36,940 bases of DNA, from assembly GCA_024698065.1 (NCBI GenBank), contig JAILRR010000097.1, forward strand, positions 1-36,940. Direction: 5' to 3'. A program made the position numbers and the translations under genes. The stretch is from Bacilli bacterium. GTDB lineage: Bacteria; Bacillota_I; Bacilli_A; RFN20; CAG-826. The notes under the pieces were generated by a model. It made no database searches. It worked only from the letters and a program-made list of their open reading frames with translations, and was not told where the DNA came from. Position 1 is the first letter of the stretch, and every line of letters begins with the position of its first letter. Positions 16,500 through 25,068 of the stretch are shown piece by piece.

Positions 16500-16688
16500 A
16501 AGGTCTTTTCTCCTTGTTTAAAAACAAGACGATTGAGTTGCCTAAAACCGCTAAGAGGAGAGAATTTGCCCTTTGAAGGGGCTAAAAATCCCTCTTCGTC
16601 CCCAAACTTTTATATAGAATGAATTCTGAAAGGGCTTACCTTCATTTTTCTATAGAAAAAGTCATGGATGCATATTAAATTGTGAAGT

Positions 16689-17906
16689 ATGAAAAAAGCA
16701 TTTATCTCAAACCGTTCCAAATCCTCCCTCAACAAACATGACATTTTGACAATCTCCGGTCTTGCTAACAAAGACACTAAGAAAGGTTTCAAAACCATCA
16801 ACGCCTCCGTCGGAGCCTATTACGACGAAAAGAAGAAGTTTGGAAGGGTCCCAACGATTGAGAACGCCATCAAAGAGAAATTCTCCGAGAAGATGGCCTA
16901 TGCTTCAGTCACGGGATATGAGGAATATAAGAAAGGCATCTTGAGTTACGCTTTCGGGGAAAGACTTAAGACCATAAAAGAGAAGAATGAGACCTTCTTT
17001 GGTGCGACTTTGGGCGGAACCGGAGCCCTTTCGATCGCTTTCAATTTGTTCACCGATGAAGATAGCGAGGTCTTGCTCCCAGATGTCATGTGGTCAAACT
17101 ACAAGCTCATCGCCAGCAAGGCGCATTGCTCATATAGAACATACAAGCTCTTTGATGAATCCGATAACTGGAACCTTAGCAGCATCAAAGAAGAAGTCGA
17201 TCGTGAGATCACGAGAAAAGGCAGAGCCCTTCTTCTCATCAACGACCCATGTGAGAACCCAACCGGTTACAGCATGTCCAAAAAAGAATACGAAGACCTT
17301 TTCGCCTACCTTAACAAGAAAGGCGAAGAAGGTTCCCTCATCGTCGCCTTCGATATCGCTTATTACAACTTCTCAAGCGGGGAATGTCCTCTCTTTGAGA
17401 TGCTTGAAGGGGAACTTAACTTCCTTCCAATCATCGTCTTCTCTTGCTCCAAATCGTTTGCCATCTACGGCTTTAGATGCGGCGCCTTCATCGCCCTTTG
17501 CCCAGACAAAGAAAGCAAAGAAGATATCGGCAATGCTTTCAGAGCCCAAGTTAGAGGCACCGTCTCTTCCCCAGTCGGCCCAGTCCTTCATTCCGTTGGC
17601 GAGACTCTCCTCGACGAAGAAAAGGTCAAGGAAGTCGCTAAGGAAATCAATGTCAACAAGATGGCCCTCGTCGAAAGAGGAAATTACCTTACTTCCCTTC
17701 TTGATGAAGCGGGCATCAAACATTACCCATACAAATCAGGCTTCTTCCTCACCCTTAAGGTTGAGAATGCCGTCGCCACTTTCGACGCTTTAGCGGGCAA
17801 GCATATTTATGTCGTCCCAATCGACGAAGATAAGGTCAGAATCGCCCTCTCTGGCATCACCACGACTGAGTGCAAAGAACTCGTCGACGCATTGAAATCG
17901 CTTTAA
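16689..17906 (+). CDS. class I (AspC/TyrB-type) aspartate/aromatic amino acid aminotransferase
   Basis: INASVGAYYDEKKKFGRVPTIENA N-terminal pattern and the PLP-lysine motif SCSKSFAIYGFRCG. 405 aa. Confidence 0.85.
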   Translation: MKKAFISNRSKSSLNKHDILTISGLANKDTKKGFKTINASVGAYYDEKKKFGRVPTIENAIKEKFSEKMAYASVTGYEEYKKGILSYAFGERLKTIKEKNETFFGATLGGTGALSIAFNLFTDEDSEVLLPDVMWSNYKLIASKAHCSYRTYKLFDESDNWNLSSIKEEVDREITRKGRALLLINDPCENPTGYSMSKKEYEDLFAYLNKKGEEGSLIVAFDIAYYNFSSGECPLFEMLEGELNFLPIIVFSCSKSFAIYGFRCGAFIALCPDKESKEDIGNAFRAQVRGTVSSPVGPVLHSVGETLLDEEKVKEVAKEINVNKMALVERGNYLTSLLDEAGIKHYPYKSGFFLTLKVENAVATFDALAGKHIYVVPIDEDKVRIALSGITTTECKELVDALKSL

Positions 17907-17908
17907 TC

Positions 17909-17932
17909 CCGAAAGAGTATCCTTTCGGCTTT
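17909..17932 (+). terminator. weak hairpin after the aminotransferase gene
   Basis: CCGAAAG (17909-17915)/CTTTCGG (17922-17928), followed only by CTTT. Confidence 0.3.
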
Positions 17933-17961
17933 GATGCGCTTTGTATTACTATTAAGCAGAA

Positions 17962-19152
17962 ATGGATCCATTTGTTCTTATAGCCATCATCGTCGGTTCC
18001 TTAGCAGCGCTAGGTATCCTTCTTTTCGTTATCTCCCTTATCATTAAAAAGAGAGCGAAGAAAGAAGTGGACCCTAACGAAGAGATGGCCATCGCTTTCA
18101 AAGAGATCCCCGCTTTAGACGAGGAAGATGAAAAGAGACTCGTCGAAGTCAAAGACAAAGAACTCATCAAAAGGATCAATGTCAGCGTCCCTGGCGCTTT
18201 AAAAGCGGTCGCAGGCGCAGATATCTCTAGCGCGATAGGGGAAGTCACCGGCTCAGGAAGCGTCTTCCAGGCTGTTATCCCTGCCGTCAGCAAAAGTGAG
18301 ACCGTTGTCACTAGTACCGCGGTTCTTTCATCAAGCGCTGCCGACAAATTTAGCCGTGTCACCGCTTTAAGCGCGGCTAATGCCGCAATGGGTGTCGCCT
18401 CGATGGTCGTTGGTCAGTATTTCATGTCGCTCATTGACGCAAAGCTCAAGGACCTTGGCTCAACGATTGAGAAAATCACTTCTTTCCAGCAAAGCGAATT
18501 CCGTAGCAAGGTGTACGCTCTTGTCGCGGAGACCCAAAAGATCAGCACCTTCCAGGTAGAGACTCTTGAGAACCATGAGCTTAGAGCAAGAGAGCTCTCT
18601 CATCTTCGTTCCTTGGAACATGAATGCGTTGAGCTTCTTGGTCAGGCCAATCTTTCTCTTCAAGAAATCTCTAGCAAGCGTGAACCTGACTTCAAATCAT
18701 ATGAAGCCGCTATATCTCAAGCAGAAAGTTGGTACGACTACCAACAGATTCTTCTTAAGGTCATCAAAGAGATATCTGACCTCACATATGTTTTGAACCT
18801 AGGCGCCTTGTCGAGAGAGAACTGCAACGCTCTTTCGATCCCATACACCAAGCAATCCGAAGAAAGCCTCCTCAAACTCAAAGGCTGGCATGAAGAGAAT
18901 ACGAAACGCTTAGGAGTCAATCTCGAAGAGAGCAAAGTCAAAAGAAGTGGTCTCAAAGGCGTGCTCATGAAGCCTCTTGGCCTCATCAACAAGAACCTCA
19001 ATTACAAAGAAGTCTCTTCGACCACCATCAAGAACATCGAAAGACAAAGTGGCATCGAGGCCAAAGAAGATGTCGTTGAAAGTGACCTCTATAAAGAAGA
19101 CGTCACTCTCATTGCCAAAGACGGCAAATATTATTACCTTCCAAAGAAATAA
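17962..19152 (+). CDS. membrane-anchored protein of unknown function (396 aa)
   Basis: N-terminal TM (FVLIAIIVGSLAALGILLFVISLII) followed by KKRAKKE, a second hydrophobic stretch (AANAAMGVASMVVGQYFMSLI), then a long helical region. Core-like C-ending codons. Confidence 0.7.
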   Translation: MDPFVLIAIIVGSLAALGILLFVISLIIKKRAKKEVDPNEEMAIAFKEIPALDEEDEKRLVEVKDKELIKRINVSVPGALKAVAGADISSAIGEVTGSGSVFQAVIPAVSKSETVVTSTAVLSSSAADKFSRVTALSAANAAMGVASMVVGQYFMSLIDAKLKDLGSTIEKITSFQQSEFRSKVYALVAETQKISTFQVETLENHELRARELSHLRSLEHECVELLGQANLSLQEISSKREPDFKSYEAAISQAESWYDYQQILLKVIKEISDLTYVLNLGALSRENCNALSIPYTKQSEESLLKLKGWHEENTKRLGVNLEESKVKRSGLKGVLMKPLGLINKNLNYKEVSSTTIKNIERQSGIEAKEDVVESDLYKEDVTLIAKDGKYYYLPKK

Positions 19153-19153
19153 A

Positions 19154-19191
19154 AAATGTCCCCGTTTCCGAGGACATTTTCTTTTTTTTTT
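19154..19191. terminator. bidirectional intrinsic terminator
   Basis: AAATGTCC (19154-19161)/GGACATTT (19172-19179) followed by a long T-run, with an A-run upstream. It could serve the plus-strand gene and, ancestrally, guaA from the other side. Confidence 0.75.
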
Positions 19192-19196
19192 GCTTT

Positions 19197-19255
19197 TTAT
19201 TCGAACTCGATGGTCGAAGTTGGTTTGTCAGTCGCATCGAAGAGGACGCGGTTGA
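19197..19255 (-). repeat. displaced copy of the last 18 codons plus stop of guaA (att-like direct repeat, left)
   Basis: 59 nt identical to 25010-25068 except for 2 positions (19209 G vs A, 19230 A vs G), both synonymous in the guaA frame (...NRVLFDATDKPTSTIEFE*). Similarity continues about 11 nt into the 3-prime UTR (TTTTGCTTTTT). Confidence 0.9.
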
Positions 19256-19466
19256 GGAAACAAGGCGATGTTTTCTTAACACACATCGCAACGTCTTGAT
19301 GCAACTGTCGTGATTTCGTCAAAGTCTCAAAAGAAATCACTTGGAAACACAATAATTGAAAGATTTTGCCTAATGCAAAATCCAATTGGTCCGGATAGAT
19401 AACGCATTTAATCATCATTGATTTTTTTTCAATAAAAAATTATCGTAAAAAAAGGTGGTAAAACGA

Positions 19467-21644
19467 ATGAAAAATTTTCTAGTTACATTGATTGTCTTCT
19501 CCTTGCTTTCGAGCGCGAATTTACACATTGAAAAGAAGACAAATCGAATCAACAACGATTACGAGGCCTGCCTTAAAGCTGAGACTCCAGAGAAATCTAT
19601 GCTTGATGCACAGCATGTTCCCGGTGAGCTCATTGTCACGGTGGATGCCAAAACCAGTCGCGACGTCATTTGTGGAACTAAGAAATCGGAGGAATTAATT
19701 GAAGACTTCAACTGCGATGAATACGAATGTCTTTCTCAAGAATTGATAGACTCTAGATGTTCTTTGAGCGTCAACCGAGATATTCATGTGTCATATTTGA
19801 TTCGCTATGAGGATAAAACGGATGAACATTTGTATGATGCTTTATGCAATATTAAGAAAAACAGCTCGGTTGATGCAGTCGAACCGAATTACATTCGTTT
19901 GAGCAATTCTGTCGATAATCCAGTTGACGAGTATTATTCAGAACAATGGGGATTAAGAGCGATAAACGCTCCTGCTGTTTGGCATAGATATGGAACGGGT
20001 TCGTACGAAAAAACGCGCATTGGGATTCTAGACGATGGTGTATCTCCACACGAGGACTTGTGTATTGACGCTTCTTTAAGCCGTGACTTTTCGGCTGGCG
20101 GGGATAGGTACGGCATTGGGCATGGCACTCATGTCGCCGGAATCTGTGGAGCAATTGGCGATAACACCAAGATAGAAGGAGGTGTTGAAAGCGGCGTTGG
20201 TGTTGTTGGTGTTTGCCAAAAAGCAACGGTCGTTGATTTAAAGGTCGCCAGCAAGGTATGGATTAAAGACAATACCATACCTGCAGGAGGCTATTATAGC
20301 GATCGTTCAAGCGATTCGACGGTACTTAAAGCAGTAAATTATGCGATTTCGAAATGGGAAACGTCTCAGCGTATTTCTGTCTTGAATTATTCGTATTCTG
20401 GATACTCCAATAAATATGTCACTCTTTTTGGCGATTTCACAGTAAGAAACCCAGTAAATAGAAACATCCTTTTGTCATTTAGATCGTTCCCTGGAACGGT
20501 TGTCTGGAGCGCTGGTAATGATGGAGAGGCTCGTGGGGATAATGGTTTTAGGTACTGCCCTAATTTGATTTCTGTCGGTTCGATAGACGAAACTGGAGAG
20601 ATAAGTGGTTTTTCTAATTGGGGGCCGTCGGTAAACATTTATGCCCCTGGCGGGAATATCTTTAGCACATTCAGAGACAACCAATATGTGGCGAAAAACG
20701 GCACTTCGATGGCCGCTCCGTTTGTTTCCGGTGTCGCCGCTTACCTTTATTCTAAGTTTCCCGGCATCACAGCAAGACAGGTAAAAGATGCCATAGTGGA
20801 GTCTGTTAATTACGAAAAAGTTATCCATGCTGGCAATGGAATATTGGAACCGATTAAGAAACTTGATTTTTTGGCAGCATACAATAAGGCCTATGGGTTG
20901 TTTAACGAAACCGATAATTATCCAATAAAACTTGAAATGCTTAACTGCGAGGGCGACAAGTGGAAAATACTAATTCAAAATACTGGCAAAAGCACTTTGA
21001 AAATCGCATATCCGGAATCCAACTGTTCGGAACAGGATGTTACCGTGTTTTCATCAAACAATTGCAAAACACTCTCCTTGAGTGGCAAATCATCAAAAAC
21101 CATAGAAATAACATATGACAAAAATAAGGGGATGTGTTTTCCTGTTGGCGTTTACTCAAACGGCGTCAGGAAAATAACCTATCTTTATTGTTCTTCTGTG
21201 GCTTGGAACGTCGACACTGATTTCCTACTCTTTGATATGAATTACACAACAAGCTCTGTGCCAGGAAAACACCTTAACAGGGCTCCACAACCTGGTTTGG
21301 ATTTTGAGATAAAGTCATCGAGAATCAACTGGTTTGTAAGGGATTGGAAAATAACGATCAAAAACAACATTAACGTGGCTGTCGATGTGATGTACAACAG
21401 CAAGATGTGTTTTTATGGCGACGGGCTTGACTGGAAGAATCTTGCCGACGTTGAACAAATGTCTCTTTCTTCATACGGAACCTCATCGGAAATATGGATT
21501 AATGCTAATGGCACGGCGGATGCTATCGCCATGTGTCTTGTCTATATCGATGATTACGGTCTTAAAAGAGGATATGTTTCCGTTGCCAATGGTATCAAAG
21601 ACAATGGGCATGGTACACTTGGTCATAAGACGATCTCTCTTTAA
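19467..21644 (+). CDS. secreted subtilisin-like (S8) serine protease with two C-terminal repeat domains
   Basis: I chose the ATG at 19467 (MKNFLVTLIVFSLLSSANL signal peptide) with AAAGGTGG upstream. Catalytic motifs are IGILDDGV (Asp), HGTHVAGI (His), SAGNDG (oxyanion Asn) and GTSMAAPFVSG (Ser). Two related C-terminal modules of about 110 aa carry KWKILIQNTG and DWKITIKNNI. Confidence 0.85.
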   Translation: MKNFLVTLIVFSLLSSANLHIEKKTNRINNDYEACLKAETPEKSMLDAQHVPGELIVTVDAKTSRDVICGTKKSEELIEDFNCDEYECLSQELIDSRCSLSVNRDIHVSYLIRYEDKTDEHLYDALCNIKKNSSVDAVEPNYIRLSNSVDNPVDEYYSEQWGLRAINAPAVWHRYGTGSYEKTRIGILDDGVSPHEDLCIDASLSRDFSAGGDRYGIGHGTHVAGICGAIGDNTKIEGGVESGVGVVGVCQKATVVDLKVASKVWIKDNTIPAGGYYSDRSSDSTVLKAVNYAISKWETSQRISVLNYSYSGYSNKYVTLFGDFTVRNPVNRNILLSFRSFPGTVVWSAGNDGEARGDNGFRYCPNLISVGSIDETGEISGFSNWGPSVNIYAPGGNIFSTFRDNQYVAKNGTSMAAPFVSGVAAYLYSKFPGITARQVKDAIVESVNYEKVIHAGNGILEPIKKLDFLAAYNKAYGLFNETDNYPIKLEMLNCEGDKWKILIQNTGKSTLKIAYPESNCSEQDVTVFSSNNCKTLSLSGKSSKTIEITYDKNKGMCFPVGVYSNGVRKITYLYCSSVAWNVDTDFLLFDMNYTTSSVPGKHLNRAPQPGLDFEIKSSRINWFVRDWKITIKNNINVAVDVMYNSKMCFYGDGLDWKNLADVEQMSLSSYGTSSEIWINANGTADAIAMCLVYIDDYGLKRGYVSVANGIKDNGHGTLGHKTISL

Positions 21645-21662
21645 GGTGAAAACCAAGTTCCT

Positions 21663-24600
21663 ATGTTCATACTACGAAATCTTATAAAAGAATATCCGGG
21701 TGGAAGGGGCAACCGACCAATTGTTGCCCTTAACATCGGCTATTTGTCTCTTCCTGAATCGGGAATGGTTTTCGTCGTTGGGAAATCGGGCAGTGGCAAA
21801 TCCACTTTGCTCCATCTCCTTGGCGGCCTAGACAAGCCAACTAGCGGCGATTTGCTTATTCATGGTAAAAATGCCTCTTCCTTTTCGGAAAGGGATTTAG
21901 ATAGCTATCGCAACTCATGTGTCGGCTTCGTTTTTCAAGATTTTGGCTTGATTGATGAATTTACAGTGCGACAAAACATTGGGTTTGCTCTAGAACTGCA
22001 AAGCGAGAAAAGTGACGAAGAAAAGATCGCGAGCGTCCTCAATTCCTTGGAAATGCCTGGTTTTGATGATAGGCGCATCGATACATTGTCTGGCGGCCAA
22101 AAACAAAGAGTCGCCATAGCTAGGGCCCTCGTCAAAAACCCTTCCGTCATTTTGGCTGATGAACCAACTGGCGCATTGGATGAAGAAAGTGGCAACGGCG
22201 TTCTTTCGATTCTTAGAAAACTCAGCAAAGAGAAACTTGTGGTCATCGTAAGCCATGATACGGAGGCGGCCAGAAAATACGCTGACAGAATTATCGAGCT
22301 CAAAGACGGCAGAATTGTCAAAGATACTGTCGATAGCGAAGAGAAAGAAGCGGACGAAGAACGTGCCAACCTTACACTTCGCAAATCGAGAATCCCTTTT
22401 CTCAAAGGATTAAAAATCGGTCTTTCAGCCGCGATCCATAAACCGCTTAAACTGGTTACCTGCTCCATGCTTGTCGCCTTTGCTTTGTCTTTCTTTGGGC
22501 TTGTCACAACGCTGACCTTTTTCGATGATGCAAGAGCAAGGACGGGCGTAGCTACGACGATGCATTGCGAAAGCGACTTGTTTCAGAAAAATGCCATTTT
22601 TGAGGTAACGAATTCGGAATACGATTACCGAAGTGGACAAACGGTGAAAAGTGAAAAAACAACTGAGACCGCAGGTGTGATGAGCAGTGACCAAGATGTA
22701 GCGAAGTTAAACGCCTCCTCCAAAACTGGCTTGGATTTTGCGGGAGTTTTCGGAAAAGACCTCTATTCTTTTCAGTACAAAAACGGCAGTGACCTAGAAG
22801 ACCCTCTCGTGTTTGATCAACTGCATTCATTCCTTTCTTTTTCTGGTTTTATCGATTGCGGAGAGACTTACCTTGCAAGAAATGGAATGTCCATGCTGTT
22901 TGGAACATATCCAACCGCGTCAAATGAAATTGCTATTTCCAAATACCATAGCGAGATACTTGCTAAATCAAATCCCGAACTCTTTGATGGCGAAATAAAA
23001 AACGTTATAGGAACCGAATTATCCATCGATTTTAAAAATTACACTTTGAATAGCGACAAATCTCTTTTCACCATTACTGGCATCGTCGATACCGGTGAGG
23101 TCAACAATTATTACCTTGAACGCTACGAAAAGGGGAATCATACGCTCGATAGCAAGGACATAGAAATGCTTACTGAGTATCTAAGGGGTTCATTCCATTG
23201 CCTCGGTTACGTTTCTTCTGTTTTTGCCGAGACGTTCCATGACGTTTTTGCTGAAGGTCTCTCGTCGCTTTATTCGCATAAAGGCGTCTATTTTGCCGGT
23301 ATTGAATTAGAAGAAAACGAAAGCAGCATAAGACCAAGCGCCGATAGTTCACTTGGATTCGTCTTACCAAAATACACGGACATGGAACAATATAGTTTCT
23401 ACGCGCCCGATGGTGAATCCCTCACATTCGAAGAACCAGCGTCCAATGAGATTTATGTGGATGGCAGCTACTATGAAGAGAAAACCTACCGTAAGCTTAA
23501 GGATTTCTTGCTAAGCGTTTTTGTCTGCGTTCATGATGCTTTTTTTGAGTACAAAATGCTGCCTGAGGCTGATAGTTATTTTGCAAGTACCGAAAACCTC
23601 GCCTTCTTCAATCATGCTTTATCACTATTCGAAAGTTTTGATTTGGATTCCTTCGAGTTGGCTATAAAGAGTGATCGATTCGAAAACAATGTGAAATTGG
23701 TAATCAACAGTTTTGCCAAATTGTCGTTCGAGCGAATGTACATCAAATATGTTTTGGCGAGCATGAACTCTCTCAACGCAAGCGGTCATTTTGGTATCGA
23801 GGACCTTTCTTTGGATTCTGAATTTATGTCCCAGTATGGTCTTAAGGTTGATAACTGTGGCCTTTCCGAGGAGTTTGATTCAGAGGTATTTGATGGCTGT
23901 TACGAATACATTAAAAGTCATCCAAGTCTGCGGCTTTTCGCCAGAAAAGCTCTTTGTTATGAACTTTTCTTATCGCTCGACAAATCCAATACTTACAAGG
24001 ACATTTATGAAAAAGTGAGCCTTATGGTTCTAAATGGAAACGGAGACGCCGTGTCACAATCTGATTGGGACGACCTTCTTTCGGCTTTTGATTCGCTTTG
24101 TTCTGACGAGGAAAACCTTGAGTTTATAGAAATGCCTTTTGCCAAAAATAATCTTGTGGATTATGAGAGGGCATATTCCGACAGGCCTTTTGAATACTCG
24201 ATTGAGTGTCCACATGACCTTTTCTACGTCAACCATCTTGGGGTGAAGGGAAAGCTTACCGTAAAAGGCTATTACCTAACAAGCGGCAGGAAGGATGGGG
24301 GCGCTCAATTATATTTCGCGAATGAAGATTTCCTGAGGAGTCTGACTATCGCACCTAGCTATGTCAACACAAAAACATATTCGACTGATTATAAAGACGT
24401 CGATGGTGGTAAATACAATTATGTGATCACCAAGACGGATTTTAGTTTTAGGCAAGTAAAAGAAATCTGCATGAAAGGGGAAGGCTTTGAATATAGGTTC
24501 ACAAACGCCTTGATGTATAGGGTTGACTATTTCATAACCGTCATGTGGACCATGTGTATGGTTTTTGCCATATTGGCTGGAGTCCTTGGCTTTTTCGCGG

Positions 24601-24953
24601 TTCTGTTGCTAGCTACTTTTATTGCTTCTTCCGTAGATTACAAGAAGAAGGAAGTCGGCATTATAAGGTGCCTAGGCGGAAGAGAAAAAGACGTATTCTT
24701 GATCTTTGCTTCCGAAGGCATGGTAATCACTATGGCATCCGTCATCTTGTCGGTTGTGCTTTCCCTAATTGAATGCTTCTTCATCAACCGTTTTGCCTTT
24801 GGAGAGACCTTTGGCGCGAATTTGCTCTATTATGGTCCGCTAAATGTGCTGACGGTCTTGATTTGCTCGATCGTTATTGCCTCGCTTGCTACTTTCCTTC
24901 CGATCCACAAAAGAACGAAAATGGCACCTTCTGTCGCCTTACGTAAGGAATAA
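21663..24953 (+). CDS. fused ABC ATPase / FtsX-type permease (MacB/FtsEX architecture) with an unusually large extracytoplasmic domain
   Basis: GKSGSGKST, LSGGQKQRVAIARAL, ILADEPTGALD and VSHD in aa 1-220. TM1 is near aa 262-287. About 665 non-hydrophobic residues follow. Then three C-terminal TMs (from about aa 956) with an FtsX-like layout. Confidence 0.85.
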   Translation: MFILRNLIKEYPGGRGNRPIVALNIGYLSLPESGMVFVVGKSGSGKSTLLHLLGGLDKPTSGDLLIHGKNASSFSERDLDSYRNSCVGFVFQDFGLIDEFTVRQNIGFALELQSEKSDEEKIASVLNSLEMPGFDDRRIDTLSGGQKQRVAIARALVKNPSVILADEPTGALDEESGNGVLSILRKLSKEKLVVIVSHDTEAARKYADRIIELKDGRIVKDTVDSEEKEADEERANLTLRKSRIPFLKGLKIGLSAAIHKPLKLVTCSMLVAFALSFFGLVTTLTFFDDARARTGVATTMHCESDLFQKNAIFEVTNSEYDYRSGQTVKSEKTTETAGVMSSDQDVAKLNASSKTGLDFAGVFGKDLYSFQYKNGSDLEDPLVFDQLHSFLSFSGFIDCGETYLARNGMSMLFGTYPTASNEIAISKYHSEILAKSNPELFDGEIKNVIGTELSIDFKNYTLNSDKSLFTITGIVDTGEVNNYYLERYEKGNHTLDSKDIEMLTEYLRGSFHCLGYVSSVFAETFHDVFAEGLSSLYSHKGVYFAGIELEENESSIRPSADSSLGFVLPKYTDMEQYSFYAPDGESLTFEEPASNEIYVDGSYYEEKTYRKLKDFLLSVFVCVHDAFFEYKMLPEADSYFASTENLAFFNHALSLFESFDLDSFELAIKSDRFENNVKLVINSFAKLSFERMYIKYVLASMNSLNASGHFGIEDLSLDSEFMSQYGLKVDNCGLSEEFDSEVFDGCYEYIKSHPSLRLFARKALCYELFLSLDKSNTYKDIYEKVSLMVLNGNGDAVSQSDWDDLLSAFDSLCSDEENLEFIEMPFAKNNLVDYERAYSDRPFEYSIECPHDLFYVNHLGVKGKLTVKGYYLTSGRKDGGAQLYFANEDFLRSLTIAPSYVNTKTYSTDYKDVDGGKYNYVITKTDFSFRQVKEICMKGEGFEYRFTNALMYRVDYFITVMWTMCMVFAILAGVLGFFAVLLLATFIASSVDYKKKEVGIIRCLGGREKDVFLIFASEGMVITMASVILSVVLSLIECFFINRFAFGETFGANLLYYGPLNVLTVLICSIVIASLATFLPIHKRTKMAPSVALRKE

Positions 24954-24966
24954 AGTTGGCACAAAG

Positions 24967-25000
24967 AAAAGCGGCCTACGAAGAAGCCGCTTTTTGTTTT
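24967..25000. terminator. bidirectional terminator shared by the ABC gene and guaA
   Basis: AAGCGGC (24969-24975)/GCCGCTT (24986-24992) followed by TTTTTGTTTT, with an A-rich stretch upstream. Confidence 0.7.
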
Positions 25001-25009
25001 GCTTTTTTC

Positions 25010-25068
25010 TTATTCGAACTCAATGGTCGAAGTTGGTTTGTCGGTCGCATCGAAGAGGACGCGGTTGA
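25010..25068 (-). repeat. guaA 3-prime end copy within the functional gene (att-like direct repeat, right)
   Basis: Partner of 19197-19255 (57/59 identical). Confidence 0.9.

Larger units (their letters stand above)
19197..25068. mobile_element. about 5.8 kb integrase-less insertion at the 3-prime end of guaA (CIME-like islet), bounded by direct repeats
   Basis: Flanking 59-nt direct repeats duplicate the guaA 3-prime end. The interior carries two cargo genes whose codon style differs from the flanks, plus its own terminator. No recombinase ORF is present. Confidence 0.6.

Noticed and set aside
16987-17793. 268-aa ORF overlapping the aminotransferase gene in another frame, plus the similar shadow ORFs at 21935-22507, 26956-27474, 30255-30776 and 28514-28909
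   Set aside because: Same reasoning: these are shadow frames of well-supported genes, with low-complexity composition and no start-site signals.
19197-19418. 73-aa minus-strand ORF ending in ...NRVLFDATDKPTSTIEFE
   Set aside because: It is not a gene. It is a chimeric frame made of island-border sequence fused to the displaced last 18 codons of guaA, and I report it as an att-like repeat or gene fragment instead.
19467-24953. Interpretation as an IetAS-like (ATPase plus S8 protease) defence pair, or as a gasdermin-style protease-activated pore using the upstream membrane protein 17962-19152
   Set aside because: The protease has a Sec signal peptide, so it is extracellular. The ATPase is a canonical ABC transporter NBD fused to an FtsX permease. 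The upstream membrane protein lies outside the direct repeats, has host codon usage and has an N-terminal TM anchor unlike bacterial gasdermins.
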